The position numbers and the translations under genes were made by a program. From Chitinophaga pinensis (lineage in GTDB: Bacteria > Bacteroidota > Bacteroidia > 2-12-FULL-35-15): 64,000 bases of DNA. Positions 13,055-22,926 of the stretch are shown here, one piece after another (position 1 is the first letter of the stretch; each line of letters begins with the position of its first letter). Below the pieces are notes generated by a model. The model was not told where the DNA came from and made no database searches. It worked only from the letters and a program-made list of their open reading frames with translations. The stretch is taken from assembly GCA_945879015.1 (NCBI GenBank), contig CAMCUO010000006.1, forward strand, positions 1,269 through 65,268, written 5' to 3'.

Positions 13055-13771
13055 GTGAGTAAATTTACCAAAGAAGAATTGATTCGTTACAATAGGCAAA
13101 TGATTGTGCCTGAAGTTGGCTTGAAAGGACAAGAGAAAATTTCATCTGCAAAGGTATTGGTAATTGGTGCAGGAGGATTAGGTTGTCCCGCCCTACTCTA
13201 CTTATCTGCAGCAGGAATTGGAACAATCGGAATTATTGATTTCGATAAAGTTGAATTGCACAATTTACATAGACAAATTTTATATTCCACTGAAGATGTC
13301 GGAAAATTAAAAGCAAATACTGCTGCGAAAAAATTAAAAAAACAAAATCCACATACAAACATTCTTGTATTTGACGAAATGCTTTCTGAAACAAATGCAG
13401 AAAGAATAATTTCTCAATTTGATATTATGGTGGATGGTTCAGATAACTTCTTAACTCGCTATTTAGTAAATGATACTTGTGTAAAATTAAATCTTCCATT
13501 AGTGTATGGAAGCATTTTAAAATTCGAAGGACAAGTTGCAGTGTTTAATTACAAAAGAGGAAAAAATTTAAGAGACTTATTCCCAGAACCACCAAATGCA
13601 GAAGATGTCCCGAATTGCGATGAGAATGGTGTGTTGGGGACTTTGCCAGGAATTATCGCAACAATGATAGCACAAGAAACTTTAAAATTAATTTTAGGGA
13701 TGGAGGTTCTTCAGAATCAACTTTTGATTTTTGATACTAAGGGGTGGTCGCTCACGAAATTGGCTTACTAG
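13055..13771 (+). CDS. thiF: ThiF/MoeB-type adenylyltransferase
   Basis: VLVIGAGGLGCPALLYL Rossmann/E1-like motif. Last gene of the thi operon. Confidence 0.85.
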   Translation: MSKFTKEELIRYNRQMIVPEVGLKGQEKISSAKVLVIGAGGLGCPALLYLSAAGIGTIGIIDFDKVELHNLHRQILYSTEDVGKLKANTAAKKLKKQNPHTNILVFDEMLSETNAERIISQFDIMVDGSDNFLTRYLVNDTCVKLNLPLVYGSILKFEGQVAVFNYKRGKNLRDLFPEPPNAEDVPNCDENGVLGTLPGIIATMIAQETLKLILGMEVLQNQLLIFDTKGWSLTKLAY

Positions 13772-13777
13772 GTTTTT

Positions 13778-14335
13778 GCTCGCAGATTTCGCAGATTTTC
13801 GCAGATAAAAAATAAATTTAAAATTTTTAGATTATTCGTTTATACTTGGCTAGTTCGGGTAAAATATTCTAGTATTGCATTCTTAAAATTTTATTTATGA
13901 GTGAGAATGATATTAGTTATGTTTTAAGAGGTTGCATTTTTAAAGTATACAATTCCTTGGGGCCTGGATTACTAGAGTCGGTTTACGAAGCAGCATTAAA
14001 ACATGAATTAATAAAAAGCGAATTGAAAGTAGAAGCACAAGTTTCAATACCTGTAATTTATGATAATGTAGCTCTGGAATTAGGCTTCCGGTTAGATTTG
14101 TTGGTGAATGACAAAGTAATAGTTGAAATAAAATCTGTTGAATTACTAGCACCCGTTCACCACAAACAATTATTAACGTATCTAAAACTAACAGATAGAA
14201 AATTAGGGATATTAGTAAACTTCAACACCGACAATATCACAGATGGTATAACGAGAATTGTAAATGATCTCTAAAAATAAATAGTAAACAAAAAATACAC
14301 AGAAAAATCTGCGAAAATCCGCGGAATCTGCGAGC
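13778..14335. mobile_element. GxxExxY cassette bracketed by roughly 29-35 bp terminal inverted repeats built from tandem CGCAGAT(T)TT units
   Basis: Left GCTCGCAGATTTCGCAGATTTTCGCAGAT (13778-13806). Right ATCTGCGAAAATCCGCGGAATCTGCGAGC (14307-14335) is its reverse complement with 2 mismatches. The unit fills the gap between the convergent thiF and HAAO genes. Confidence 0.6.
13897..14274 (+). CDS. GxxExxY family protein (PD-(D/E)XK-like)
   Basis: 125 aa, motif GPGLLESVYEAAL, typical multicopy Bacteroidota/cyanobacterial family. Confidence 0.8.
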   Translation: MSENDISYVLRGCIFKVYNSLGPGLLESVYEAALKHELIKSELKVEAQVSIPVIYDNVALELGFRLDLLVNDKVIVEIKSVELLAPVHHKQLLTYLKLTDRKLGILVNFNTDNITDGITRIVNDL

Positions 14336-14342
14336 AACCTTT

Positions 14343-14879
14343 TTAGTGGGAACTTTCTTGCTTAACCGCCACTGGAGGCTCCATTACATGCTTACATTTT
14401 TTACATGTACGTAAATCTTCGCTTCCATAAAACTGTTTAAATGTTTCTTGAAACTGGGTCATGATATTTGTAAGCTTGAATTTTTTCTCAAACAAAGCAG
14501 CATTGCATTTTTCACAAAACCACATCAAGCCATCTTCTTCCCCTTCTCTGCGTTTACGCTCCATTACTAAACCAATTGTATTTACACCACGTACGGGATT
14601 ATGCGGAACACGTGGAGGTAATAAAAAAATATCGCCTTCTTTAATTGGAACATCTACTGCTTTTCCATCTTCTTGAATTTTTACAAGAATATCTCCTTCC
14701 AACTGATAAAAGAACTCTTCACTTTCGTTGAAGTGATAATCTTTTCTTGCGTTCGGACCACCAACTACCATTACAATAAATTCGGTGTCTTCGTAAACAA
14801 CTTTATTTCCAACTGGTGGTTTTAAAAGATGGCGATTATCGTCAATCCATTTTTTGAAATTAAAGGGGCGTGTGATCAT
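14343..14879 (-). CDS. 3-hydroxyanthranilate 3,4-dioxygenase
   Basis: Cupin core (HFNESEEFFYQLEGD, PHNP) and C-terminal CEKC...CKKC rubredoxin-like site typical of bacterial HAAO. Confidence 0.88.
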   Translation of the reverse strand: MITRPFNFKKWIDDNRHLLKPPVGNKVVYEDTEFIVMVVGGPNARKDYHFNESEEFFYQLEGDILVKIQEDGKAVDVPIKEGDIFLLPPRVPHNPVRGVNTIGLVMERKRREGEEDGLMWFCEKCNAALFEKKFKLTNIMTQFQETFKQFYGSEDLRTCKKCKHVMEPPVAVKQESSH

Positions 14880-14890
14880 GATATTAGTAT

Positions 14891-17236
14891 TTAAAATTTA
14901 ACAGTTAGCTGAACAACATATACTCTCGGAGGCTGAAGATCCATTGGTCTTCCCATTACCTCTCGATTAAACATATTATTTACAATAAAAGATATTTTTG
15001 CAGTTTTATGAACTTGATAGGATACACGATAATCAAAAATATAATCACCTTGATTGTGTGCTGCACGATATTCTTTCATTCCTGGAAATGCTACAACAAA
15101 AAATGCATCTACGTTTTCCATAAAACTATTTGCTCTTAAACTAAGTCCTGTACTGATTTTTTTATATCCCAATTCAATATCACCTTTTCCTGTGTGCTTA
15201 TATCGGTACTTCAATAAATTATTTTTTGATGTATTAAAAACAGTATCTCGTTTTACATCAAAATCAGTTTGAATTGGATCAATGTAAGTATAGCCCAACA
15301 ACATGGTTACATCAATTGGTCCCACTTTTCCTGCTCCTAAAATAGAACAGTCAATTCCTTTAATTCTAGTGTTTCCAATATTTTGCGACTGAAATCCAAA
15401 CCCTTGTGTGTTGAATGGATCATTTTGATTTTCATATTTTCCAAAAGAGAATTCCATCATGTTGTGATACTCTGTCCAAAAAGCCGCCACATCAATATAT
15501 CCCTTCCAATCACCAACTCTAACTCCTTGTTTAATTCCAATCTCACTGCTCCAGCCACTTTCTGGGCTCAAGCTATCATTTGGATAAATATCCAATCCGC
15601 TTGCGCTTGTTTTAATGTATTTCTCAGCCACAGAAGGAAATCTAAATCCTTGTCCGAAAGATGCTCTTACATAAGTTGCTTTAAACAAATGGTAATTTGC
15701 TCCTGCACGAAAAACTGGTTTTACTTTTGAGTTTTTTGCAATTGGTTTAGAAGTGTCCATCAATAAATAAACATCTTCCTTTGTCTCAACTGAATCGGTT
15801 TTAAAATATTCGCCTCGAGCACCAAATGAAAGATTTAACTTTTTCCATTTTTTATCTACCTGTAAAAACAAAGAAGTGTTGGTACTAAAATGCGTGCCGT
15901 AAAGCGGACCCGAATGCACTTCGTTGTAATTGTAAACTCCACCAACTGTATATGTCAACCCATTATCATAGCGTTTTTGAAATTGATATTCAGTATAATA
16001 AACATCGGCAGTCGATTCTTGATTGGTATTATTTAAATTGGTAGTTCTAAAAAAACGGCCTCTTAAAGTATGACGAGAATTGTGCTTTGTAAAATAACTA
16101 ATGAAGGGATCAATATTAGTACGATATGTGGTATAGTGACTCAAATCGCCACCTGCTGGCTTATATGCACCAGAATCCGCATCCATCCATGTTAAAAATA
16201 ATCCCCCTTTTGTGCTCATCGTATTTGCATTTACTCCAACCTGCAATCCTTGCAATTTCCCTTTGAAACGATAACGTAAATTTGTATTAACTCGATAACG
16301 TTGTTCTGTTTCTAAATAACGATATCCTTCATCATTGTATAAATTTCCACCAATCACAATATCAAGTTGTTTTATTTTTTGTGCGTGATAAAAATTGATT
16401 CCACTATATGTTGGATTCCCGTCCTGCCACCAAATCATTTCTTTGCGTCTTGGATTATCATAATATCCACTATAAAAATGAATTTTCGTTTCAGGCTCAT
16501 TTTTTGCATACCCCGTTCTAAAATTTATAACACCATTCATAGCTGACGAACCAAACAATGCTGATGATGCACCTTTGATAACTTCTATCTGTTCACAGTT
16601 TTCCACAGGAAGAAAAGTCCATTTCACATCGCCTGCATCTGCCGTAAGCATTGGCATTTCGTCAACCATCACCAACACACGACTTCCCGCTCCGTAACTA
16701 AACCCTGCGCCACCTCTTATGTTTGCTTGCCCATCAATCACATTTACTCCGGGCACTTGGTCAACTGCTGTTTCAATTGATTGAATACTTTTATTTTCAA
16801 TTAAGGAAGGTTTTAATACTTCCATCGAAACTGTTACTTCACTTAAATTTTGTTCGAATTTTCCTGCTGATACAACAACAATTCCCAGCTGTTTTGAATC
16901 GCCTACCAACACAATATCATTGGAAAGAGTATCATTTGCTTTTATGTCAATCATCATCAACAAACTTTTGAATTCCAAGGATTTGAATTCTACCTTGTGC
17001 TTTCCTTCAGAAATCTTGAAAAAATAATTTCCATTGATGTCGGTAACCGTTCCTGTTGTATCATCTATAACTACATTGGCGCCAACTAATGTTTCCTGGG
17101 TTTTAGAATCGGCAATTTTTCCTTTTATGTAGGCATCTTGCCCAAATAATGACACAGAAATGTGAATAAAAAAAAGCGGAGTAAGTATTTTTTTCATTTT
17201 TATATCGTTCTTTCTAAATGCTAAATTTTGTAGCAA
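14891..17236 (-). CDS. TonB-dependent outer-membrane receptor with N-terminal carboxypeptidase-regulatory-like domain
   Basis: Signal peptide, CarbopepD_reg-like N-terminus, plug, beta-barrel, terminal aromatic residue (..QLTVKF). Confidence 0.9.
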   Translation of the reverse strand: MLQNLAFRKNDIKMKKILTPLFFIHISVSLFGQDAYIKGKIADSKTQETLVGANVVIDDTTGTVTDINGNYFFKISEGKHKVEFKSLEFKSLLMMIDIKANDTLSNDIVLVGDSKQLGIVVVSAGKFEQNLSEVTVSMEVLKPSLIENKSIQSIETAVDQVPGVNVIDGQANIRGGAGFSYGAGSRVLVMVDEMPMLTADAGDVKWTFLPVENCEQIEVIKGASSALFGSSAMNGVINFRTGYAKNEPETKIHFYSGYYDNPRRKEMIWWQDGNPTYSGINFYHAQKIKQLDIVIGGNLYNDEGYRYLETEQRYRVNTNLRYRFKGKLQGLQVGVNANTMSTKGGLFLTWMDADSGAYKPAGGDLSHYTTYRTNIDPFISYFTKHNSRHTLRGRFFRTTNLNNTNQESTADVYYTEYQFQKRYDNGLTYTVGGVYNYNEVHSGPLYGTHFSTNTSLFLQVDKKWKKLNLSFGARGEYFKTDSVETKEDVYLLMDTSKPIAKNSKVKPVFRAGANYHLFKATYVRASFGQGFRFPSVAEKYIKTSASGLDIYPNDSLSPESGWSSEIGIKQGVRVGDWKGYIDVAAFWTEYHNMMEFSFGKYENQNDPFNTQGFGFQSQNIGNTRIKGIDCSILGAGKVGPIDVTMLLGYTYIDPIQTDFDVKRDTVFNTSKNNLLKYRYKHTGKGDIELGYKKISTGLSLRANSFMENVDAFFVVAFPGMKEYRAAHNQGDYIFDYRVSYQVHKTAKISFIVNNMFNREVMGRPMDLQPPRVYVVQLTVKF

Positions 17237-17325
17237 ATGCCATCAAATTACATCTTAAAATATATTCAGCAATATAATTTAATAGATTTGCATAATAGTA
17301 TAGCGCAATATACAAATTATAAATT

Positions 17326-18423
17326 ATGGACGAAAATTTGAAATATAAAATTGCTATTAGCCTCATTCCCAATATCGGAGACATGAGAGCAAAGAGCCTT
17401 ATTTCTCATTGTGGGAGCGCAGAAGCGGTTTTTTCGGAAAAGAAAGCAGCCCTTGAAAAAATCCCAGGAATTGGAGAATCAAATGCAAACGCTGTATTAA
17501 CTCAAAAAGTATTTAATCGTGTAGATGAAGAAATAAAATTCATAGAAAAAAATAAAATTACTCCTCTTTTTTATCTGGATAAAGAATATCCAAAACGTTT
17601 AACACATTGTGAAGACAGTCCAGTTATGCTTTACTTTAAAGGAAAAGTAAATTTGAATTCCGAAAAAGTAATTAGTATTGTTGGAACAAGAGAAGCAACC
17701 GATTATGGAAAACAATTGTGTGAAAAACTAATAGCTGATATAGCACATTACAATCCAATTATTGTAAGCGGTTTAGCATATGGAATTGATGTTTGTGCGC
17801 ATAAGGCTGCGATGGATAATAATCTTTCCACTGTTTGCGGATTAGGACATGGTTTGGATAAAATTTATCCTGCTATTCATAAATCAATTGCAGAAAAAAT
17901 GTTAGAGAACGGTGGTTGGCTGAGTGATTTTACAAGTGGTGTGGCTCCCGACAGAGAAAACTTTCCTAGAAGAAATAGAATTGTTGCCGGGATGTCTGAT
18001 GCAACAATAGTAGTAGAATCCAAAGCTGGTGGCGGTTCATTAATTACTGCGGATATTGCTAATAGTTATAACAGAGACGTGTTTGCTTTTCCTGGTCGTG
18101 TGAATGATGAGTGTTCCTTAGGTTGCAATAATTTGATTAAACAAAACAAAGCCGCACTTATTCAATCCGCTGCCGATTTAATTTATATTCTTGGTTGGGA
18201 ACAAAAAGCAAAAAATGCGCCTATCCAAAAACAGTTGTTTATCGAATTAAAACCTGATGAAGAAATTTTGGTAAATCTATTGAAAGAAAAAGAGAATGTG
18301 TGTGTAGATGATATTTGTTTATTTGCTAAAATGCCAATGAGTAAAGTTTCTTCGATATTACTTACACTAGAATTTTCTGGAATTGTGAAATCCTTGCCCG
18401 GAAAGAGGTATAGCTTGAATTAA
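17326..18423 (+). CDS. dprA: DNA-processing protein DprA
   Basis: ISIVGTREATDYG and Rossmann-like DprA core. Confidence 0.9.
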   Translation: MDENLKYKIAISLIPNIGDMRAKSLISHCGSAEAVFSEKKAALEKIPGIGESNANAVLTQKVFNRVDEEIKFIEKNKITPLFYLDKEYPKRLTHCEDSPVMLYFKGKVNLNSEKVISIVGTREATDYGKQLCEKLIADIAHYNPIIVSGLAYGIDVCAHKAAMDNNLSTVCGLGHGLDKIYPAIHKSIAEKMLENGGWLSDFTSGVAPDRENFPRRNRIVAGMSDATIVVESKAGGGSLITADIANSYNRDVFAFPGRVNDECSLGCNNLIKQNKAALIQSAADLIYILGWEQKAKNAPIQKQLFIELKPDEEILVNLLKEKENVCVDDICLFAKMPMSKVSSILLTLEFSGIVKSLPGKRYSLN

Positions 18424-18446
18424 GAATTCGTTTTACCATAAACATA

Positions 18447-18520
18447 TGAATCAATCCCCCTAGCCCCCTTCTCCAAGGGGGAATAAAAAACTCCCGCTTC
18501 TTTCGAAACAGGAGTCGAAT
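18447..18520. repeat. GC-rich palindromic dispersed repeat, family A copy (AATCAATCCCCCTAGCCCCCTTCTCCAAGGGGGAA...GGAGTCGAAT)
   Basis: Shares AATCAAT / CCC..TCT..GAG..GGG hairpin / CTAGGGG / GGAGTCGAAT modules with 29001-29043 and 47226-47277. Confidence 0.55.
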
Positions 18521-18553
18521 TTTTCAATTTGGAATTTGGAATCTGAAAATTAT

Positions 18554-19222
18554 TTAGTCTACTGACTTCAATTGTTTATCAATTTCTCCAACCACTTTTT
18601 TCTGTGCTTCTATCTCTGATTTTTTCTTTTCTTGTTCAGATTTATTTTTTACAATATCATCTTCTGCTTTTTGGATTTTCTTTTTGTAGTCTTCAATATC
18701 TCCGACCAAATTTTTATTGTCTTTCTCTAAAGACTTTTGTTCGTCTTCAAAATTAGATTGAATTTTTTGCGCATCTTTTAATTTTTCTTCAATCGCGTCT
18801 TTAGTTGCTTTAACAGCGAATTCTTTTACAATTTTTTCTGCTTCGTTGTATTGATTTTTGTGGTCTCCTGAATTTAAAAATGCACCTCCCAAATCAAATG
18901 CAACAACGAAGGTAATTTCAGGGTCTCCTTTTTTACCTTGTGCTTTTCCATAAATATCAATGGTGTTATTTCCAAATTCTTTAATGGTAGCATGGTCGAC
19001 AAAAATAGCGCCCTCTTTTGAAGAACGTTTTCCATCATATTTTTTCATGAAGGAACGGAAAGCATCTTCTGCATCAGAAGGATTGATTCCATATAAAGTA
19101 ACAGTAAGCGCATTGTGACTGCCGCCACCAATGTTTTCGTTAGATTGTTTTACTTTGATTTTTTGTGCTGAGGCTGATAATGCAAGTGTAAATGCAAAAG
19201 CCAATATAAGTATCTTCTTCAT
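18554..19222 (-). CDS. hypothetical secreted protein with C-terminal coiled coil
   Basis: Signal peptide MKKILILAFAFTLALSASAQ. Lys/Glu-rich heptad region. Confidence 0.55.
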   Translation of the reverse strand: MKKILILAFAFTLALSASAQKIKVKQSNENIGGGSHNALTVTLYGINPSDAEDAFRSFMKKYDGKRSSKEGAIFVDHATIKEFGNNTIDIYGKAQGKKGDPEITFVVAFDLGGAFLNSGDHKNQYNEAEKIVKEFAVKATKDAIEEKLKDAQKIQSNFEDEQKSLEKDNKNLVGDIEDYKKKIQKAEDDIVKNKSEQEKKKSEIEAQKKVVGEIDKQLKSVD

Positions 19223-19293
19223 ATCTTATCGTTTTTCGATTTGAATCTACAAGATACAATAATCCTTCCAAAATAAAAATTTATTGGAGAAAA

Positions 19294-19902
19294 TTATTTG
19301 TCATCGTCATCAATGTCGGTTACACCGCCAGAAACAATGAATTTCATTACCTCATGAGAGGATGCATCAACATAGGTAATGTGGTCTACCGGGACAATTA
19401 AAAGGTTCCCTGAAAATGAATACGATAATGGTACATAAACAGCCATTGTGCCTTTTGAAATTTTTAGTTCGCTCAAATCTTCTTGTGTAATAAAGCCTAA
19501 TTGTTGAATATTATTCTCCTTATTAATGGTAACCAGCACCGGTTTGTTGAATCGTTTTTTGCTTCCGACAAATGCTGATAAAAAATCTTTGATAGATGAA
19601 TAAACTGTTTTCACAACAGGAGTATGTTCCATAGCATGATCGAACATTACAAATAATGGTCGCAAAATAATGGAGGACCCTAACAAGCCCATTAAAAAAA
19701 TAAGGCCTAATGTTATTGCAATAACAATAAATGGATCTACAATCGGACTAACAATTGTTCCAAACATTAGAACAAAAGAACCTATAACAGAAATAATTTT
19801 ATAAATCACATATCCTGTAATCGCAACAGGAACTGTGATGATTAGTCCTTGAACGAAATAAATTACAATCTTTTTCATTTGAATGATTAAATGGTTCAGC
19901 AA
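19294..19902 (-). CDS. DUF502 domain membrane protein
   Basis: Two N-terminal TM helices plus conserved DUF502 region. Start may be the internal MKKIVIYF. Confidence 0.7.
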   Translation of the reverse strand: MLNHLIIQMKKIVIYFVQGLIITVPVAITGYVIYKIISVIGSFVLMFGTIVSPIVDPFIVIAITLGLIFLMGLLGSSIILRPLFVMFDHAMEHTPVVKTVYSSIKDFLSAFVGSKKRFNKPVLVTINKENNIQQLGFITQEDLSELKISKGTMAVYVPLSYSFSGNLLIVPVDHITYVDASSHEVMKFIVSGGVTDIDDDDK

Positions 19903-19928
19903 AAGTACTTAATAAATAAGCTATTCGA

Positions 19929-20288
19929 TTATTTCATCGAAGCTAATTTTTTCTGTTGGATTTTTGGTAGTCTAGCAACGACAAGATTATAGGAATCTGT
20001 AATCCACTCTTTCAATTGTTTGTTGCTTACGGAGCCATCGGAAACAATGGTGTTCCAATGTTTTTTATTCATATGGAAACCAGGTAAAACGCAAGGATAT
20101 TGTTCTCTAACTTCAATTGCTTTTTCGGGATCACACTTAACATTGAATTGTACAGGACTTTCATCTAAGCCCGCAAGGACAAATGCTTTGCCCGTTACTT
20201 TAAAAACCAATGTATCTGGACCAAAAGGCAATGTTTCTTCAACACCTTTCTTAGAAATACAATAATCTCGGAGTTCTTCTATGTTCAT
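19929..20288 (-). CDS. MmcQ/YjbR family DNA-binding protein
   Basis: 119 aa. ETLPFGPDTLVFKV and PGFHMNKKHW motifs. Confidence 0.8.
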   Translation of the reverse strand: MNIEELRDYCISKKGVEETLPFGPDTLVFKVTGKAFVLAGLDESPVQFNVKCDPEKAIEVREQYPCVLPGFHMNKKHWNTIVSDGSVSNKQLKEWITDSYNLVVARLPKIQQKKLASMK

Positions 20289-20289
20289 G

Positions 20290-20760
20290 TTAGTAGTTCA
20301 AAGGAAGCACTTTTGAATCTTTCACTTTCGAAAGAATCATCATGGTTTGCATTTGTCCGATTTCCTCCATTTTGCTCAAGCGAGTACTAATCAGCATTTC
20401 AAAATCACGAATATCTTTTAGCATTACAATTAAAATATAATCGGCACTTCCGGTTACCTGATAACATTCCATTATCTCGGGAATTTTATTGATTTCCTTT
20501 TTAAAATTCGCAATAGCATTTTCAATTTGTCGCGTAAGAGTAATCTGTATAATCGCTTTTATCCCAACACCTAAAGCTTCTTCATTTACTTCTGCATAAT
20601 AACCTTTGATGAGTTTCGCATTCTCCAATTTTTTCACTCGCTCCAAAGTTGGTGCAGGTGACAACCCAATTTCCCCGGACAATTGCAAATTGGTAATCTT
20701 TGCATTTTCCTGCAGAATTTTTAAGATTTTGAAATCTATTTTATCGAGATTATGGCTCAT
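20290..20760 (-). CDS. Lrp/AsnC family transcriptional regulator
   Basis: HTH_AsnC N-terminus (ILKILQENAKITNLQLSGEIGLSPAPTLERVKKLE) plus RAM domain. Confidence 0.9.
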   Translation of the reverse strand: MSHNLDKIDFKILKILQENAKITNLQLSGEIGLSPAPTLERVKKLENAKLIKGYYAEVNEEALGVGIKAIIQITLTRQIENAIANFKKEINKIPEIMECYQVTGSADYILIVMLKDIRDFEMLISTRLSKMEEIGQMQTMMILSKVKDSKVLPLNY

Positions 20761-20843
20761 AGAATGTGTTATTTCCTCAAAGTTAAAAAAATAAAAAAGA
20801 ACCTATAATTTTTGCTACTTTTGGAACTCTTATCAGTTGAAAC

Positions 20844-22364
20844 ATGAAAAATAAAATTCAAGATTTAGAAAAGAAGATAGCTGAAGCACAATTAGGCGGT
20901 GGCACAAAACGTATAGAATCTCAACATAAAAAAGGGAAGTTAACGGCTCGTGAACGACTTCATTTTTTGATAGACGAAGGGACTTTCGAAGAGATTGGAA
21001 TGCTGGTAACGCACCGTTCTAAAGAGTTTGGTTTGGAGCGCGAAAAATATTTAGGAGATGGTGTGGTAACTGGTTACGGGAAAATCAATGGAAGATTAAC
21101 TTATGTTTTTTCTCAGGATTTCACTGTGTTTGGTGGCTCTTTATCCGAAACACATGCAGAAAAAATTTGCAAAATCATGGACTTGGCGATGCAAAATGGA
21201 GCACCTGTAATTGGTCTGAACGATAGCGGTGGTGCGCGTATTCAGGAAGGCGTAGTTTCATTGGGCGGCTATGCCGATATATTTTATAGAAATACAATGG
21301 CCTCAGGTGTTGTTCCGCAACTTTCTGCAATCATGGGGCCATGCGCTGGTGGAGCAGTTTATTCTCCGGCCATTACCGATTTTATTATGATGGTAGAAAA
21401 TACTTCTTACATGTTTGTAACAGGTCCGAACGTTGTAAAAACAGTAACACACGAAGAAGTAACATCTGAAGAATTAGGCGGAGCATCCACACATTCAACA
21501 AAATCGGGAGTAACACATTTTTCTTGCGCCAATGAAATTGAGTGCATCAACAATATCAAAGCATTGTTGAGTTATATGCCACAAAATTGCGAAGACGATG
21601 CACCAAGCGTTGCTTACGAAAGCAATGGAAACGAAAAACGTCCAGACTTAAATAACATCATCCCAGAAAATCCGAATCAGCCTTATGATATGCGCGATGT
21701 GATTAATGGCGTAATTGATACAGACACCTTTTTAGAAGTTCATAAAAATTTTGCAGAAAACATTGTTGTTGGTTTTGCAAGATTAGGAGGAAAAAGTATT
21801 GGAATTGTTGCGAACCAACCTGCTTTTTTAGCAGGAGTATTAGACATCAACTCATCCACCAAAGCAGCACGTTTTGTGCGTTTCTGCGATAGTTTTAATA
21901 TTCCATTATTGGTGTTTGAAGATGTTCCAGGATTCTTACCGGGGACAGATCAGGAATGGCATGGCATTATAACTAACGGAGCGAAATTGTTGTATGCATT
22001 CTGTGAAGCAACTGTTCCGCGTGTTACTGTTATTACAAGAAAAGCATACGGTGGTGCATATGATGTAATGAATAGCAAACATATTGGTGCAGATATGAAT
22101 TATGCTTGGCCATCAGCAGAAATTGCTGTAATGGGTGCAAAAGGTGCAGTTGAAATTATTTTCAAAGGGGCAGCAGATTTAAAAAAGAAAGAAGAAGATT
22201 ACATCGAACACTTTGCAAACCCATACCGTGCAGCAGAAAGAGGTTATGTGGATGAAGTAATCAAACCAGAAGATACTAGAGAAAAATTAATTAAAGCATT
22301 TGATATGCTAAAGAATAAAGTAGCTAAGTTGCCTAAGAAGAAGCATGGGAATATTCCCCTTTAA
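20844..22364 (+). CDS. acyl-CoA carboxylase carboxyltransferase subunit (methylmalonyl-CoA/propionyl-CoA carboxyltransferase beta)
   Basis: Two carboxyltransferase half-domains, 506 aa. Divergently arranged with the Lrp gene. Confidence 0.92.
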   Translation: MKNKIQDLEKKIAEAQLGGGTKRIESQHKKGKLTARERLHFLIDEGTFEEIGMLVTHRSKEFGLEREKYLGDGVVTGYGKINGRLTYVFSQDFTVFGGSLSETHAEKICKIMDLAMQNGAPVIGLNDSGGARIQEGVVSLGGYADIFYRNTMASGVVPQLSAIMGPCAGGAVYSPAITDFIMMVENTSYMFVTGPNVVKTVTHEEVTSEELGGASTHSTKSGVTHFSCANEIECINNIKALLSYMPQNCEDDAPSVAYESNGNEKRPDLNNIIPENPNQPYDMRDVINGVIDTDTFLEVHKNFAENIVVGFARLGGKSIGIVANQPAFLAGVLDINSSTKAARFVRFCDSFNIPLLVFEDVPGFLPGTDQEWHGIITNGAKLLYAFCEATVPRVTVITRKAYGGAYDVMNSKHIGADMNYAWPSAEIAVMGAKGAVEIIFKGAADLKKKEEDYIEHFANPYRAAERGYVDEVIKPEDTREKLIKAFDMLKNKVAKLPKKKHGNIPL

Positions 22365-22926
22365 GACCTCACCCTAAATCCCTCTCCTTGTTCAAGGAGA
22401 GGGATTTTTTGATACTGCTGCGACATTACATTATTTTCCAAATGAAACTTATATCTAACTAATCAAATTTATTCTTGCACTCTCCCCTCTCCTTTTTCAA
22501 GGAGAAGGACCATGGATGAGGTTATCAGATGAACGTTCACAATAAAAGATCTTTGCTTGACATAAGAAGAGCTCTCCGTGCTAATTGTACTCCTGCTGAA
22601 GAAATCTTGTGGGAAGAAATTCGCAACAGAAAATTAAACGGATTAAAATTTAAAAGACAACACAGTATTGGCAATTATATTGTTGATTTTTATTGTGCTT
22701 CTAAAAGATTAATAGTCGAATGCGATGGTGAAGTTCATTTTACAGAAGATCAAAAAGAAAAAGATAAGCATAGAGACCAAAACTTAACTGAGATGAATTT
22801 TAGAATCATTAGAATTACCAACTCACAAGTATTAAATGAAATAGAACAAGTTAAAAAAATACTTCTATCATAATTACGTAGCCTCTACTTGAACAAGGAG
22901 AGGGGCTGGTGGGGAGGTCTTACCCC
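22362..22926. mobile_element. DUF559 mini-cassette bracketed by roughly 42 bp imperfect terminal inverted repeats that contain the family A-type hairpin
   Basis: Left TAAGACCTCACCCTAAATCCCTCTCCTTGTTCAAGGAGAGGGA. Reverse complement of right is TAAGACCTCCCCACCAGCCCCTCTCCTTGTTCAAGTAGAGGC. Extra internal hairpin copy at 22483-22510. The left TIR supplies the TAA stop of the upstream gene. Confidence 0.55.
22529..22873 (+). CDS. DUF559 (Vsr-like endonuclease) domain protein
   Basis: 114 aa. LWEEIRNRKLNGLKFKRQHSIGNYIVDFYC...IVECDGEVH pattern. Confidence 0.8.
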   Translation: MNVHNKRSLLDIRRALRANCTPAEEILWEEIRNRKLNGLKFKRQHSIGNYIVDFYCASKRLIVECDGEVHFTEDQKEKDKHRDQNLTEMNFRIIRITNSQVLNEIEQVKKILLS

